24,000 nt of DNA, taken from sequence record PP582187.1; one strand, 5' to 3'. The notes under the pieces are model-generated. The model searched no databases and was not told where the DNA came from. It saw only the letters and a program-made list of their open reading frames with translations. Made by a program: the position numbers and the translations under genes. The DNA comes from Enterococcus phage vB_Efs6_KEN16. Of this stretch, positions 1 to 8,339 are shown one piece after another (the stretch's first letter is position 1; each line of letters begins with the position of its first letter).

Positions 1-532
1 TTGCCTCACCTAAATAGCGTAGTGGTGTGTAAAAACCTGAGTAAAATAGGAAGCTCTCCAACAGTACGGATGCACTCTTTTTCTGTAGTGGTGTACCGTT
101 TCGATAAATATCGTTAATAATGTTAGCTTTATATTGTAAACGTTTATTTGTAGCTACCCATTCAAAGATATTGTCAATCTCTGTAGGTGTATTAAATGTG
201 CTAAAAATTGTTGAATAACTTTTAGCGTGTACTGCTTCCATAAAGGCTATGTTATTTAAAACAGCTTCTTCATGCTGTGTTCTTACATCATCAAGTAGTG
301 AGTGTACCCCCGATTCTGATTGAACTGTGTCTAGTAATGTTAACCCACCAAACACTTTATTTATTAAATCTTGCTCCATATCAGAGAGCTTTGCCCAATC
401 ACTAACATCGTTACCTACAGGGACACGTGTGTCCAACCAAAATTGCTCAGTAAGCTTTTTCCATGTGGCTTGGTCAATTACATCATCAATCTTATTCCAG
501 TTAATTCCTTCATACTTTTCTTGCAAATTCAT
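1..532 (-). CDS. nrdF: Ribonucleoside-diphosphate reductase beta subunit (class Ib), C-terminus cut by window edge
   Basis: Minus-strand frame from ATG at 532 stays open to position 1: MNLQEKYEGINWNKIDDVIDQATWKKLTEQFWLDTRVPVGNDVSDW...LLDTVQSESGVHSLLDDVRTQHEEAVLNNIAFMEAVHAKSYSTIFSTFNT...; NrdF-like, directly downstream of nrdE. Confidence 0.93.
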   Translation of the reverse strand, partial: MNLQEKYEGINWNKIDDVIDQATWKKLTEQFWLDTRVPVGNDVSDWAKLSDMEQDLINKVFGGLTLLDTVQSESGVHSLLDDVRTQHEEAVLNNIAFMEAVHAKSYSTIFSTFNTPTEIDNIFEWVATNKRLQYKANIINDIYRNGTPLQKKSASVLLESFLFYSGFYTPLRYLGEA

Positions 533-544
533 GTGCTCATCTCC

Positions 545-2107
545 TTAAATTGTACAACTTTCACACTCTGAAACCCCTACTTCGCTTCCGTCTTCTTCGG
601 TGAATGTTCTAACATAATAAATTGTTTTTATACCTTTTTTCCATGCATAATGTCTTAATAAAGTTAAGTCCCGAGTGGATGTAGCGCCACCCTCCACCTT
701 CCAAGGATAAAGATTTTCTGGTAACTCTGAGCGCATAAACAATGTTAAACTCATACCTTGGTCAATATGTTTTTGTGCCGTTGCGTACACGTTGATTACG
801 TCAATCATACTTGTATTGTACGCTGACTTGTAATATGGAATTGTCTTCTCAGATAACCGGGGTGCAGGGTAATAAGTTTTACCTGTTTTCCCATCTTGAC
901 GTTCTTCAATCATAGAGATAATTGGGTGCAATGAAGAAGTAGTCTCATTAACATAAGCAATACTACCATTTGGAGCCACAGCTAAACGGTTTTGATGGTA
1001 TAGACCACCTTCAATAATACTGTTTCTTAATGTTTCCCAATCTTTTACATTAGGTAGTACCACTCCATCAAATACTTCCGCCACCTTACTAGAGATTTCC
1101 TGATTTAGTGTTGGTACATATTCATCAAAGTAAGAACCGTCTGCGTATTTAGAGTTCTCAAAGTTATGGAATGTTGTGCCACGCTCTTTAGCAATCTTAT
1201 TACTTGCCACCAAAGTAGCATAGTTAATTAATTCAAACAGGGCATCCGTCATTTCAATAGATTCAGGTGAGCCATATTCTACTTGGTTACTTGCGAACCA
1301 CGCATGTAGCCCCATTGCCCCTAAACCAATTGTATGGGCTTTATCATTACCATTCTTGATAGTAGGTACTGCTTTTATATTTGACACATCTGTAATATAT
1401 GTTAGAGCTCTTACCATCGTCTCAATTGATGCCACTACATCATTAGATGTTTCTAACAAGTTAAGGATGTTAATTGAACCTAAATTACAGCTAATGTCTG
1501 TACCTAACTCTTCGTATACTTGTTCATCATTTAGCTTAGATGGTGTCTGTACCTGTAATATTTCACTGCATAAATTACTCATAATGATTTTGCCATCAAT
1601 AGGATTGGCTTTATTTACAGTACTAACATTCATAATATATGGGTAACCTGACTCTTGTTGTAAACGGCTAATTTCTTCTTCCAAATCTCGTGCATTCATT
1701 ACCTTACTTCTGATATTTGGGTTCTGAATCATGTTATTGTATTCTGAATCAATGTCTACAAATGAGAATGGTACACCGTATTCTTTAGCAACATCATATG
1801 GAGAAAATAAGTGAATTACATCCCCAGACTCAGCTAGCTCATAAAATTTATCGGGAACAACTACTCCCAAAGAAAGTGTTTTGATTTGCTTTGCGGATTC
1901 TGCATTTTCTTTTCTAGTTGATAAAAAGTCCATAATATCCGCATGGAAAACATTTAGATAGACTGCGCCTGCACCTTGTCTTTGCCCTAACTGATTTGCG
2001 TACCGGAAACCGTCTTCTAGCATTTTCATAACAGGAACAACACCGCTACCTGCTCCCTCAATCCCCTTAATAGGGTCTCCAAGAGCTCTTAGGTTTGAAA
2101 GATTTAA
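545..2107 (-). CDS. nrdE: Ribonucleoside-diphosphate reductase alpha subunit, exon 2
   Basis: LNLSNLRALGDPIKGIEGAGSGVVPVMKMLEDGFRYANQLGQRQGAGAVYLNVFHADI...; C-terminal CESCTI. Exon start set at 2107 by the intron junction; exons sum to 2151 nt (716 aa), in frame. Confidence 0.95.
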   Translation of the reverse strand, partial: LNLSNLRALGDPIKGIEGAGSGVVPVMKMLEDGFRYANQLGQRQGAGAVYLNVFHADIMDFLSTRKENAESAKQIKTLSLGVVVPDKFYELAESGDVIHLFSPYDVAKEYGVPFSFVDIDSEYNNMIQNPNIRSKVMNARDLEEEISRLQQESGYPYIMNVSTVNKANPIDGKIIMSNLCSEILQVQTPSKLNDEQVYEELGTDISCNLGSINILNLLETSNDVVASIETMVRALTYITDVSNIKAVPTIKNGNDKAHTIGLGAMGLHAWFASNQVEYGSPESIEMTDALFELINYATLVASNKIAKERGTTFHNFENSKYADGSYFDEYVPTLNQEISSKVAEVFDGVVLPNVKDWETLRNSIIEGGLYHQNRLAVAPNGSIAYVNETTSSLHPIISMIEERQDGKTGKTYYPAPRLSEKTIPYYKSAYNTSMIDVINVYATAQKHIDQGMSLTLFMRSELPENLYPWKVEGGATSTRDLTLLRHYAWKKGIKTIYYVRTFTEEDGSEVGVSECESCTI

Positions 2108-2934
2108 CAAGTAGTCCATGCTTTAACATGGCTCAGACTATATCTTAACTAAATTTGTTACGTTTAGTTCTACGCGCTTCCAAAACAAGAATTTCACTTG
2201 TAATGTACTCTACTAGGTTACTCGCTAATATCCTCCCGACAATAGCTACCCGTTCGATAGTCGTTACACTTTTACAATTTTTCTCCTCGAAATTTTCTAC
2301 ACAACTTAGCTTTATCTCCAAGTTTATCTTTTCTTTTAAAGTAGCCGGATACGTTAGCTAATGAAGTAGATAGGTACCTACTAGCCTCTGACATATCTTT
2401 AAACTCAAAAGATTCGTTTGTTTCGATATTGGTTATTTTTACAGGAATAGACGTAGTATGGCAAGGTTTTCTCCCTAGTACCCTAAAACCATGTTTAGTG
2501 TTCTCTGATATAGTACACCATTCAAGGTTCTCCAAACGGTTGTCTTGTTTGTCCCCATTTTTATGATTCACTACTGGATAGTTGTTAGTGTTAGGTAAGA
2601 AAGTCATAGCAACCACTCTGTGGACAAGTAGGTACTTCCTAATACCTTCCTTGTTATACATAGCTGTTTTGTAGTAACCGTCTTTATCAGTAGACAACTT
2701 GAAGTATCTGTCCTTTTTTCTAATTCTTCCGAGGGTTGAAACCTCGTAGGCAGGGAAATCAGGGACTGCCTTCCAGTATTCTTTTTCCATATAACCACCT
2801 CCTTAAATAAGGAGAAAAATTGTACTTAGCACGGTATTGCCATATCTTTCGACTTAGGTTCCACCGTTAGCCTACATAAAGTAGACACCCTAGGTTTCTA
2901 GGTTCACGTAGTTTATAGTGAGCTATATTCTCTA
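2108..2934 (-). mobile_element. Group I intron in nrdE (827 nt)
   Basis: Interrupts GGGVG|LNLSNL. 5' exon ends in U, intron ends in G. P1 pairing AGUGGGU (exon) with GCUCACU (intron). Core-like strings CCGUGCUAAGUAC and GAUAUAGUCUGAG are shared with the terL introns. Confidence 0.9.
2272..2790 (-). CDS. Intron-encoded HNH homing endonuclease with NUMOD4-type N-terminus
   Basis: YWKAVPDFPAYEVSTLGRIR, LLVHRVVAMTFLPN...VVNHKNGDKQDNRLENLEWCTISENTKHG; SD AAGGAGG upstream; lies fully inside the intron. Confidence 0.93.
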   Translation of the reverse strand: MEKEYWKAVPDFPAYEVSTLGRIRKKDRYFKLSTDKDGYYKTAMYNKEGIRKYLLVHRVVAMTFLPNTNNYPVVNHKNGDKQDNRLENLEWCTISENTKHGFRVLGRKPCHTTSIPVKITNIETNESFEFKDMSEASRYLSTSLANVSGYFKRKDKLGDKAKLCRKFRGEKL

Positions 2935-3522
2935 ACCCACTCCACCGCCAAGTTTAGATAGTTGAAGTGCACTGTTCAACGTTCTACCAATTGAAGACAT
3001 TGAATCTTCTACTTGAATTAGAAAACAGCTGACATACTCCCCTCTTCTAAGTCTACCTGCATTTAAAAAAGTAGGGGTTGCAGGTTGGTATCTACGGTTA
3101 ATTAACTCATCTGCAATCTTCATAGCAAGCTCTTCGTCACCATCGCCCATTGTGAGTGCATTAAACGCTACTCTATCTTCATAACGCTCTAGGTATCGTT
3201 CCCCATCATCTGTTTTCATTGCGTATTGTTTATAGAAACGGTAAGCCCCCATAAATGTGTCGAATCTGAACTTTTTACTATAGATGAACTTAAATAATTT
3301 TTTTATAAATTCCATTGAGTACTTGTCAGTAATTACTGTCTTATCAATGTATCCTTCTCGAATTAGATAACTAATTTTCTCCTCTAAAGAGTAGAAAAAT
3401 ACTGTGTTCTTGTTTACATGTTCTAAAAAGAATGCTCTAACAGCTTCTTTATCTTTGTCTAACTGAATCTTTCCGTTATTAGGGATATTCAATTGGTTAT
3501 TAAGCTCAATATATGTGTTCAT
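2935..3522 (-). CDS. nrdE: Ribonucleoside-diphosphate reductase alpha subunit, exon 1
   Basis: N-terminal NrdE sequence ending ...YQPATPTFLNAGRLRRGEYVSCFLIQVEDSMSSIGRTLNSALQLSKLGGGVG. Confidence 0.94.
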
Positions 3523-3524
3523 AT

Positions 3525-3767
3525 CTACACCCCAAGTTCTTTTTCTAGTTTTTTAACCAAATCAGGTCTAACACCATTAAATGAGAAACCATCATCAGCT
3601 TCTACATATGGTAATGAAGACACTCCTTTTTCTTTTAGATAAGCTAAAGCTTGCTCATCATGAGAGATATTTTTCTCATCAAATGGGATATTCTTTCCAT
3701 TTAACATATTTTTTAAAAATAAACATTGACCACACATATCTTTTGAATATACTGTTACTTTTGTCAT
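3525..3767 (-). CDS. nrdH: NrdH-like glutaredoxin
   Basis: VTVYSKDMCGQC redox motif, SSLPYVEADDGFSFNGVRPDLVKKL; upstream of nrdE. Confidence 0.9.
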   Translation of the reverse strand: MTKVTVYSKDMCGQCLFLKNMLNGKNIPFDEKNISHDEQALAYLKEKGVSSLPYVEADDGFSFNGVRPDLVKKLEKELGV

Positions 3768-3804
3768 TTACTACATTCTCCTAACTTTTTTATCGTATTT
3801 ATTA

Positions 3805-3833
3805 ATTATACACTATTTTGCATTAATTGTCAA
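3805..3833 (-). promoter_or_regulatory. Sigma70-type promoter for nrdHEF
   Basis: Minus strand TTGACA (3833-3828), 17-bp spacer, TATAAT (3810-3805). Confidence 0.85.
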
Positions 3834-3847
3834 AAATAAAGAACCAA

Positions 3848-3880
3848 AAAAACTAGAGACTACAAAAATTAATTGTAGCC
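3848..3880 (-). terminator. Intrinsic terminator
   Basis: Minus strand GGCTACAATTAATTTTTGTAGTC hairpin followed by TCTAGTTTTTTT. Confidence 0.7.
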
Positions 3881-3893
3881 CCTTTTCAATAAG

Positions 3894-4160
3894 TTACACC
3901 TTGTCACCTAAGAAATCTTCTGATTCCTGCGATTTATTCGTAACCTTATCAAGTAGTAAAACAGAATAGTTTTTACCAGTTTCAACCTGCAACCTATTAA
4001 ACACTTTCTGATATTCTTCTGGTGTGTCTGTAACCTCTAATAAGTATTTTGCATTTAAAAATGATAGTAATTCAAGTAGTTCTGCCTTACTACCTGCCAT
4101 TTGAACTACAACGTTACCTTCATCGTTCGTGTATGTTCCAATTTTATTTCTAGTAGCCAA
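3894..4160 (-). CDS. Hypothetical protein
   Basis: 88-aa ORF in a co-directional operon. Confidence 0.7.
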   Translation of the reverse strand: MATRNKIGTYTNDEGNVVVQMAGSKAELLELLSFLNAKYLLEVTDTPEEYQKVFNRLQVETGKNYSVLLLDKVTNKSQESEDFLGDKV

Positions 4161-4165
4161 ACAAA

Positions 4166-4471
4166 TCAGTCCTTCGTAAATTTAATGTATTTGTTAACTG
4201 TATACACATTTTTAACTTTTTCCCAAACGTTAGGGTATACGTTCATCAATAACTTAGTATCTGCGCTAGCACGTTTGTACTCTGGCATTAATTTAAATGT
4301 GCCCCCATCAATACTAATTTTAGATTCCCCTAACTCTTCCATATCAGAAATGATACTACTTTTTAGCTCATCAATCTCTTCTTTAATACTTTTTTGCAAT
4401 TCATATAATTTCTTGTAAGAGCGTAAGTCCTTCTCTAGTAGCTCCTTTTTTTGTAAATCTGTTGTTTTCAT
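4166..4471 (-). CDS. Hypothetical protein, coiled-coil-like
   Basis: 101-aa ORF rich in charged helices. Confidence 0.75.
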   Translation of the reverse strand: MKTTDLQKKELLEKDLRSYKKLYELQKSIKEEIDELKSSIISDMEELGESKISIDGGTFKLMPEYKRASADTKLLMNVYPNVWEKVKNVYTVNKYIKFTKD

Positions 4472-4504
4472 ACATATCTCTCCCTCTCTTATTTCTATAA
4501 TAAG

Positions 4505-4533
4505 ATTATAGCATGTCAGATATGTAAAGTCAA
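4505..4533 (-). promoter_or_regulatory. Sigma70-type promoter
   Basis: Minus strand TTGACT, 17-bp spacer, TATAAT. Confidence 0.8.
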
Positions 4534-4539
4534 CACTTT

Positions 4540-4575
4540 TTTATACAAAAAGAATTGCCCATTATAAAGGCAATT
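4540..4575 (-). terminator. Intrinsic terminator
   Basis: Minus strand AAGAATTGCC-TTTATAATG-GGCAATTCTT then TTTGTATAAAAAAG. Confidence 0.75.
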
Positions 4576-4792
4576 CTTGTCCGTTGTCTTCTTCAAAAAG
4601 AATCTCTACAGGTATATTATATAATTTAGCAAGTTTTACTCTGTTTTTAACACGAGGTTCCTTTATACCATTTTCCCAATAAGAGATTGATGACCAGTGA
4701 ACTCCTATCATATTGGCTAACTCTCGTAGAGATTCACCCCTAGCCTCTCTCACCCTTTTAAGGACTTTAGGTTTTGGTGCCTTTTCTTCCAT
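4562..4792 (-). CDS. XRE-family helix-turn-helix regulator
   Basis: LKRVREARGESLRELANMIGVHWSSISYWENGIKEPRVKNRVKLAKLYNIPVEILF. Confidence 0.88.
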   Translation of the reverse strand: MEEKAPKPKVLKRVREARGESLRELANMIGVHWSSISYWENGIKEPRVKNRVKLAKLYNIPVEILFEEDNGQELPL

Positions 4793-4807
4793 GACTATCC
4801 CTCCTTA

Positions 4808-4845
4808 TTCTTAAAAAATAAGAGCCTATCAGGTAGACAGGCTCA
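4808..4845 (-). terminator. Intrinsic terminator
   Basis: Minus strand GAGCCTGTCTACCTGATAGGCTC followed by TTATTTTTAAG. Confidence 0.65.
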
Positions 4846-4855
4846 GCATCAGGAA

Positions 4856-5080
4856 CTATGCAAAAGCCCCGATATAAGTTACTTTACCATTACATTTACG
4901 TGCAAAAGCCTCTAACTCTTTACGAGCACCTAAACGGTCAGGTTGCGAAGATTGAACAGTGATTTCTTTAGGTACCGTTACTTCACGTGTACGAATTTCA
5001 GTTTTACCATTTTTTAATTTCTTTTCATACTCCTCTGTACGAGTTGTTGTCGTAGAAATGATTCCATAAAATTTTTTCAT
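4856..5080 (-). CDS. Hypothetical protein
   Basis: 74-aa ORF, MKKFYGIISTTTTRTEEYEKKLKNGKTEIRTREVTVPKEITV... Confidence 0.7.
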   Translation of the reverse strand: MKKFYGIISTTTTRTEEYEKKLKNGKTEIRTREVTVPKEITVQSSQPDRLGARKELEAFARKCNGKVTYIGAFA

Positions 5081-5164
5081 ATTAATATCTCCTTACTGTT
5101 TTTTTTTAATAAATTATGTGAAAAGCTAACCTATTGAGGAGCAACCCCTCAATAGAGGGGGCTC

Positions 5165-6256
5165 CTATACTAAGTTACCATATCCATAGGTATTTGTTTG
5201 AGCTTGTTTAAACATGATACTCTTGATAGCTAAGTCGTTGTACTTTTCATCGTCTTCGTCATCAAGGTACACATCAACATTAACGTTCTTACCTAAAATA
5301 TCGATTGTTTCATCTTTACCTACTTGTAAGTCTTTACTGTTAAATGATACATCAAAATAAATGTCATCTTCTTTTGTACGACTACCGAATGATACTCTAT
5401 CTTCAAATAAATTTAAACTTCGAGAGCTAATTACAACAGGTTGTAGTCCACCTTCAAATTGAATAGTAACTGTATAATACTGATTTTCAATATTAAGGAT
5501 GTTCAAATCAGCAATAGCTTCACCAAATGAGATACCAAAGCTTAATTCCAACGCAATTGCTCGTAAGCAATCATAGTTTAACTTAATTCTACGGCTAAAC
5601 TTAACAACACTGTCAATTTCCCCATAGTAGGCTTTGTCTAACTTATCTTGCAAGTAAGTACGAATTTCGTCTGCATCAGGATAGTCAAAACGTAAATGGT
5701 AATGGAAACGTCCCGGACGATTAAGCATAAAGTCATTTACACGATTTAAGTTATTAACAGTAAGTGCATAAATACGCTTGCGTTGTGATAAACCATCGAA
5801 TAAACTCAATAGTTTTTCCTGTGATTCACGACCGTCACGGTCATTGAATACTTTTTCAAATTCATCGAACAAGATAAGAGACTCTTGGTCAATACTGTCA
5901 ATAAATTCTGCAATACCCGGATAAGCTTCTGTAATTAAGATAACAGGCATACCCTCTTCAATAGCTCGTTGAGATAAGATTTGAGTAAATAGCGATTTAC
6001 CAATTCCTTTATCCCCACTTAAAATAACCCCTAAACTACGATTAATTGTTTTAAATGTGTGTAGTACTTTCTCAATTTTAACTAAACGGTCACCATAAAC
6101 TTTAGATTCTTTCAATTTAAAATCGTCTGTCACCGCCAATGAGAATCCAGACATTGGGTTGAATCTAACTTTATAAGTTTGCGCAGGCAACTTATCATAA
6201 GTTTTCAGGTCGTTTGCATAAATCTCATAATTACTACCATAATTGATTACTTTCAT
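5165..6256 (-). CDS. AAA-family ATPase
   Basis: Walker A GDKGIGKSLF, Walker B SLILFDEFEKVF, RPGRFHYHLRFDYPD. Confidence 0.88.
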   Translation of the reverse strand: MKVINYGSNYEIYANDLKTYDKLPAQTYKVRFNPMSGFSLAVTDDFKLKESKVYGDRLVKIEKVLHTFKTINRSLGVILSGDKGIGKSLFTQILSQRAIEEGMPVILITEAYPGIAEFIDSIDQESLILFDEFEKVFNDRDGRESQEKLLSLFDGLSQRKRIYALTVNNLNRVNDFMLNRPGRFHYHLRFDYPDADEIRTYLQDKLDKAYYGEIDSVVKFSRRIKLNYDCLRAIALELSFGISFGEAIADLNILNIENQYYTVTIQFEGGLQPVVISSRSLNLFEDRVSFGSRTKEDDIYFDVSFNSKDLQVGKDETIDILGKNVNVDVYLDDEDDEKYNDLAIKSIMFKQAQTNTYGYGNLV

Positions 6257-6292
6257 ATATTCTCTCCTTAATACTTTTTAATAAATTATAAA

Positions 6293-6374
6293 TGGAGAGT
6301 GATGGAGTCGCACCACCCGAGCCTAAGCAACAGATTTACAGTCTGCTCCGCTACTACTTACGGAATAACTCTCC
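6293..6374 (-). tRNA. tRNA-Tyr (GTA)
   Basis: Acceptor GGAGAGT/ACTCTCC, anticodon arm GCAGA-CTGTAAA-TCTGT, long variable arm, T-arm GGTGG-TGCGACT-CCATC. Confidence 0.88.
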
Positions 6375-6626
6375 TTGAATAACCAACCAGATAGGTACCT
6401 GACACACGGACAGCACCTGTGTCTCTCTGTTACTGGCTGATTAATTGTGTATTTCGCACCACCTAATATAGTTATCAAGGTAGGACTTGACTATACTAGA
6501 TTTAGCTAGGTTCTAACTATAATTTCCTATGATAGCTCCTACTACTAATCATATTTATATACAGTTAAACTACACATAACTAAACCGATTACCTTGGTTC
6601 GCATATTAAGAGGCGCAGGCAACCAA

Positions 6627-6700
6627 TGGACATTGCAGGTCTCGAACCTGCGACCGTTCGGTTATGAGCCGAATGCTCTGACCAACTGAGCTAAACGTCC
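6627..6700 (-). tRNA. tRNA-Met (CAT)
   Basis: Full cloverleaf, GGACGTT/AATGTCC, loop CTCATAA, GGTTCGAGACC. Confidence 0.93.
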
Positions 6701-6756
6701 GTAGGGTAGTAGCAAAAGTTGCAAATGCTACTCTCCTGATGATTAACTAACACAAG

Positions 6757-6830
6757 TCGGAAAGACAGGACTTGAACCTGCGACATCAGACTCCCAAAGC
6801 CTGCACTCTACCAAACTGAGCTACTTTCCG
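6757..6830 (-). tRNA. tRNA-Pro (TGG)
   Basis: CGGAAAG...CTTTCCG, anticodon arm CAGGC-TTTGGGA-GTCTG, T-loop TTCAAGT. Confidence 0.93.
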
Positions 6831-7075
6831 ATATAAATATACCCGCTTAATTTGGTCTTTTTACATTATCATGCGCGGGTAAAGTTAAAACTCTTGTGAT
6901 AAGAGGAAGACTGTCATCGTTAGATGGATGATAATGTTTTACACACAAAACCTAGGGTGTGTGTAGTGTTGGGGGTACTAAAACCAACGTTTTTCCCTAT
7001 AATAGATACCTATTAATCATCGGATAGGGCTTGAGTCCTACCTCTTAGAGTAGCTCATTAATTAAATCTAAAATT

Positions 7076-7342
7076 TTAGATTAGCCGTTTTAATGTCTTA
7101 CCATCTTTATTGAGCAACCATGCTTGTACAATAGTATAGTCTTTATATTCATCAAGATAGTTATATAAAGTCATGTTGCCCGCTGAATCGTTTTCTAAGG
7201 TTATTACAGTCCCATCTGATAGATGTAGTTTTACGCCACCATCTACATATGTTGTACGAACAACGTCTTCAATAAAATCTGATTGAAGTACTGTAGGGGC
7301 TCCTTTCGGTACGTTCTTTGTCTTATCTACTTGTAAAATCAT
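7076..7342 (-). CDS. Hypothetical protein
   Basis: 88-aa ORF, ATG preceded by AGAAAGGTAG; the only ORF inside the tRNA/ncRNA island. Confidence 0.75.
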   Translation of the reverse strand: MILQVDKTKNVPKGAPTVLQSDFIEDVVRTTYVDGGVKLHLSDGTVITLENDSAGNMTLYNYLDEYKDYTIVQAWLLNKDGKTLKRLI

Positions 7343-7382
7343 GTATATCTACCTTTCTGTCTAATATTTATCTATATAGATA

Positions 7383-7467
7383 TGCAGAAGGTGGGAGTCG
7401 AACCCACACGTCCATTACAGACCGATGTTTCTAAGACACCGTTGTCTACCAGTTCCATCACTTCTGC
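7383..7467 (-). tRNA. tRNA-Leu (TAG)
   Basis: GCAGAAG/CTTCTGC, loop CTTAGAA, long variable arm, GGTTCGACTCC. Confidence 0.93.
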
Positions 7468-7471
7468 GGTT

Positions 7472-7563
7472 GTACTACCAAGGTTACCTCTAAAAGGCTA
7501 AACTCGTGTCTGGTAGGGAGCCATACCTTACATGGATTGCAAGGAACCTAACCTCAGTAGTAC
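7472..7563 (-). ncRNA. Candidate structured RNA domain
   Basis: Closing helix GTACTAC-CA-AGGTTA ... TAACCT-CA-GTAGTAC (13 bp with symmetric internal loop), inner CCAT/ATGG. Strand inferred from neighbours. Confidence 0.4.
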
Positions 7564-7621
7564 CTTTTACTATTAAGGGTTTCTGATTTAACGTTTTCCC
7601 TAGACCGTACCTTAACAGTAA

Positions 7622-7717
7622 TACTGGTGAGAGGATTTGAACCCCTCTTACCTACGAGCCTCCGACAAGCGCTATGGGAGACAAGCGGTGCATTAACCAT
7701 AACTATGCTAACCAGTA
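7622..7717 (-). tRNA. Atypical tRNA-like element, anticodon not assignable
   Basis: Acceptor TACTGGT/ACCAGTA, D-arm GCAT...ATGC, T-arm GAGGGG-TTCAAAT-CCTCTC, but no 5-bp/7-nt anticodon arm. Contains CGCTTGTC twice. Confidence 0.5.
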
Positions 7718-7782
7718 CACTACTGTTTTACGCAATCCGCATATTAGTAATTCGCACGGACTCAACCCTATTCAGGGAAGTG

Positions 7783-7842
7783 GCAGTCTGATTTTTGGTG
7801 GGAACTATCTAACTACTTGAACATTAGATATTCCCAGACTGC
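7783..7842 (-). ncRNA. Candidate structured RNA hairpin
   Basis: GCAGTCTG/CAGACTGC closing stem; inner GGGAA/TTCCC and TATCTAA/TTAGATA. Confidence 0.45.
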
Positions 7843-8188
7843 TCACTTACATTACTATTTAATGTCACATGACTTATGACAGCCGTACTCAAAAGTTTCA
7901 AGGACTTTTACCTCACTATCCACCGACAGTATGCTCGGCAACGTCTTTCTAATAATAAATTACCCATCACTGTTACAGTAACAGAACCATTGAATTAACG
8001 AGCAATATCAGTATTACTAAAAGTAGTCTGTCTGTGTGGTACAAGCACTAGCAGTATTACAACCTATAGTATGTCTGTTTGTCAATCGTTAAATTCTTTT
8101 ACAGGAGTACTTGTTAAACTTAGGGAGGTATAACAAGTATGTGCACATAACCCGAGTGCTACTCCCTAAAGTAGCCTATACGGGCTAA

Positions 8189-8262
8189 CGTAGATGGAGG
8201 GAATCGAACCCCCAACCGTCCGCTTAGAAGGCGGATGCTCTATCCGATTGAGCTACACCTAC
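8189..8262 (-). tRNA. tRNA-Arg (TCT)
   Basis: GTAGGTG/CATCTAC, loop CTTCTAA, GGTTCGATTCC. Confidence 0.93.
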
Positions 8263-8278
8263 ATAATATTATAATATT

Positions 8279-8307
8279 ACTATATCATGTATTTATAATA
8301 GTGTCAA
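8279..8307 (-). promoter_or_regulatory. Sigma70-type promoter
   Basis: Minus strand TTGACA (8307-8302), 17-bp spacer, TATAGT (8284-8279), just upstream of tRNA-Arg. Confidence 0.7.
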
Positions 8308-8339
8308 CAATTTTTTTAACAAATTATTTTTTACATATC

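Noticed and set aside
371-571. Small plus-strand ORFs 327-548 and 371-571
   Set aside because: Antisense to nrdF and the nrdE end, with no homology signal or ribosome site.
1356-1646. Plus-strand ORF inside nrdE, and similar ORFs 2155-2361, 3581-3784, 4101-4418
   Set aside because: Antisense shadows of well-supported minus-strand genes or intron sequence.
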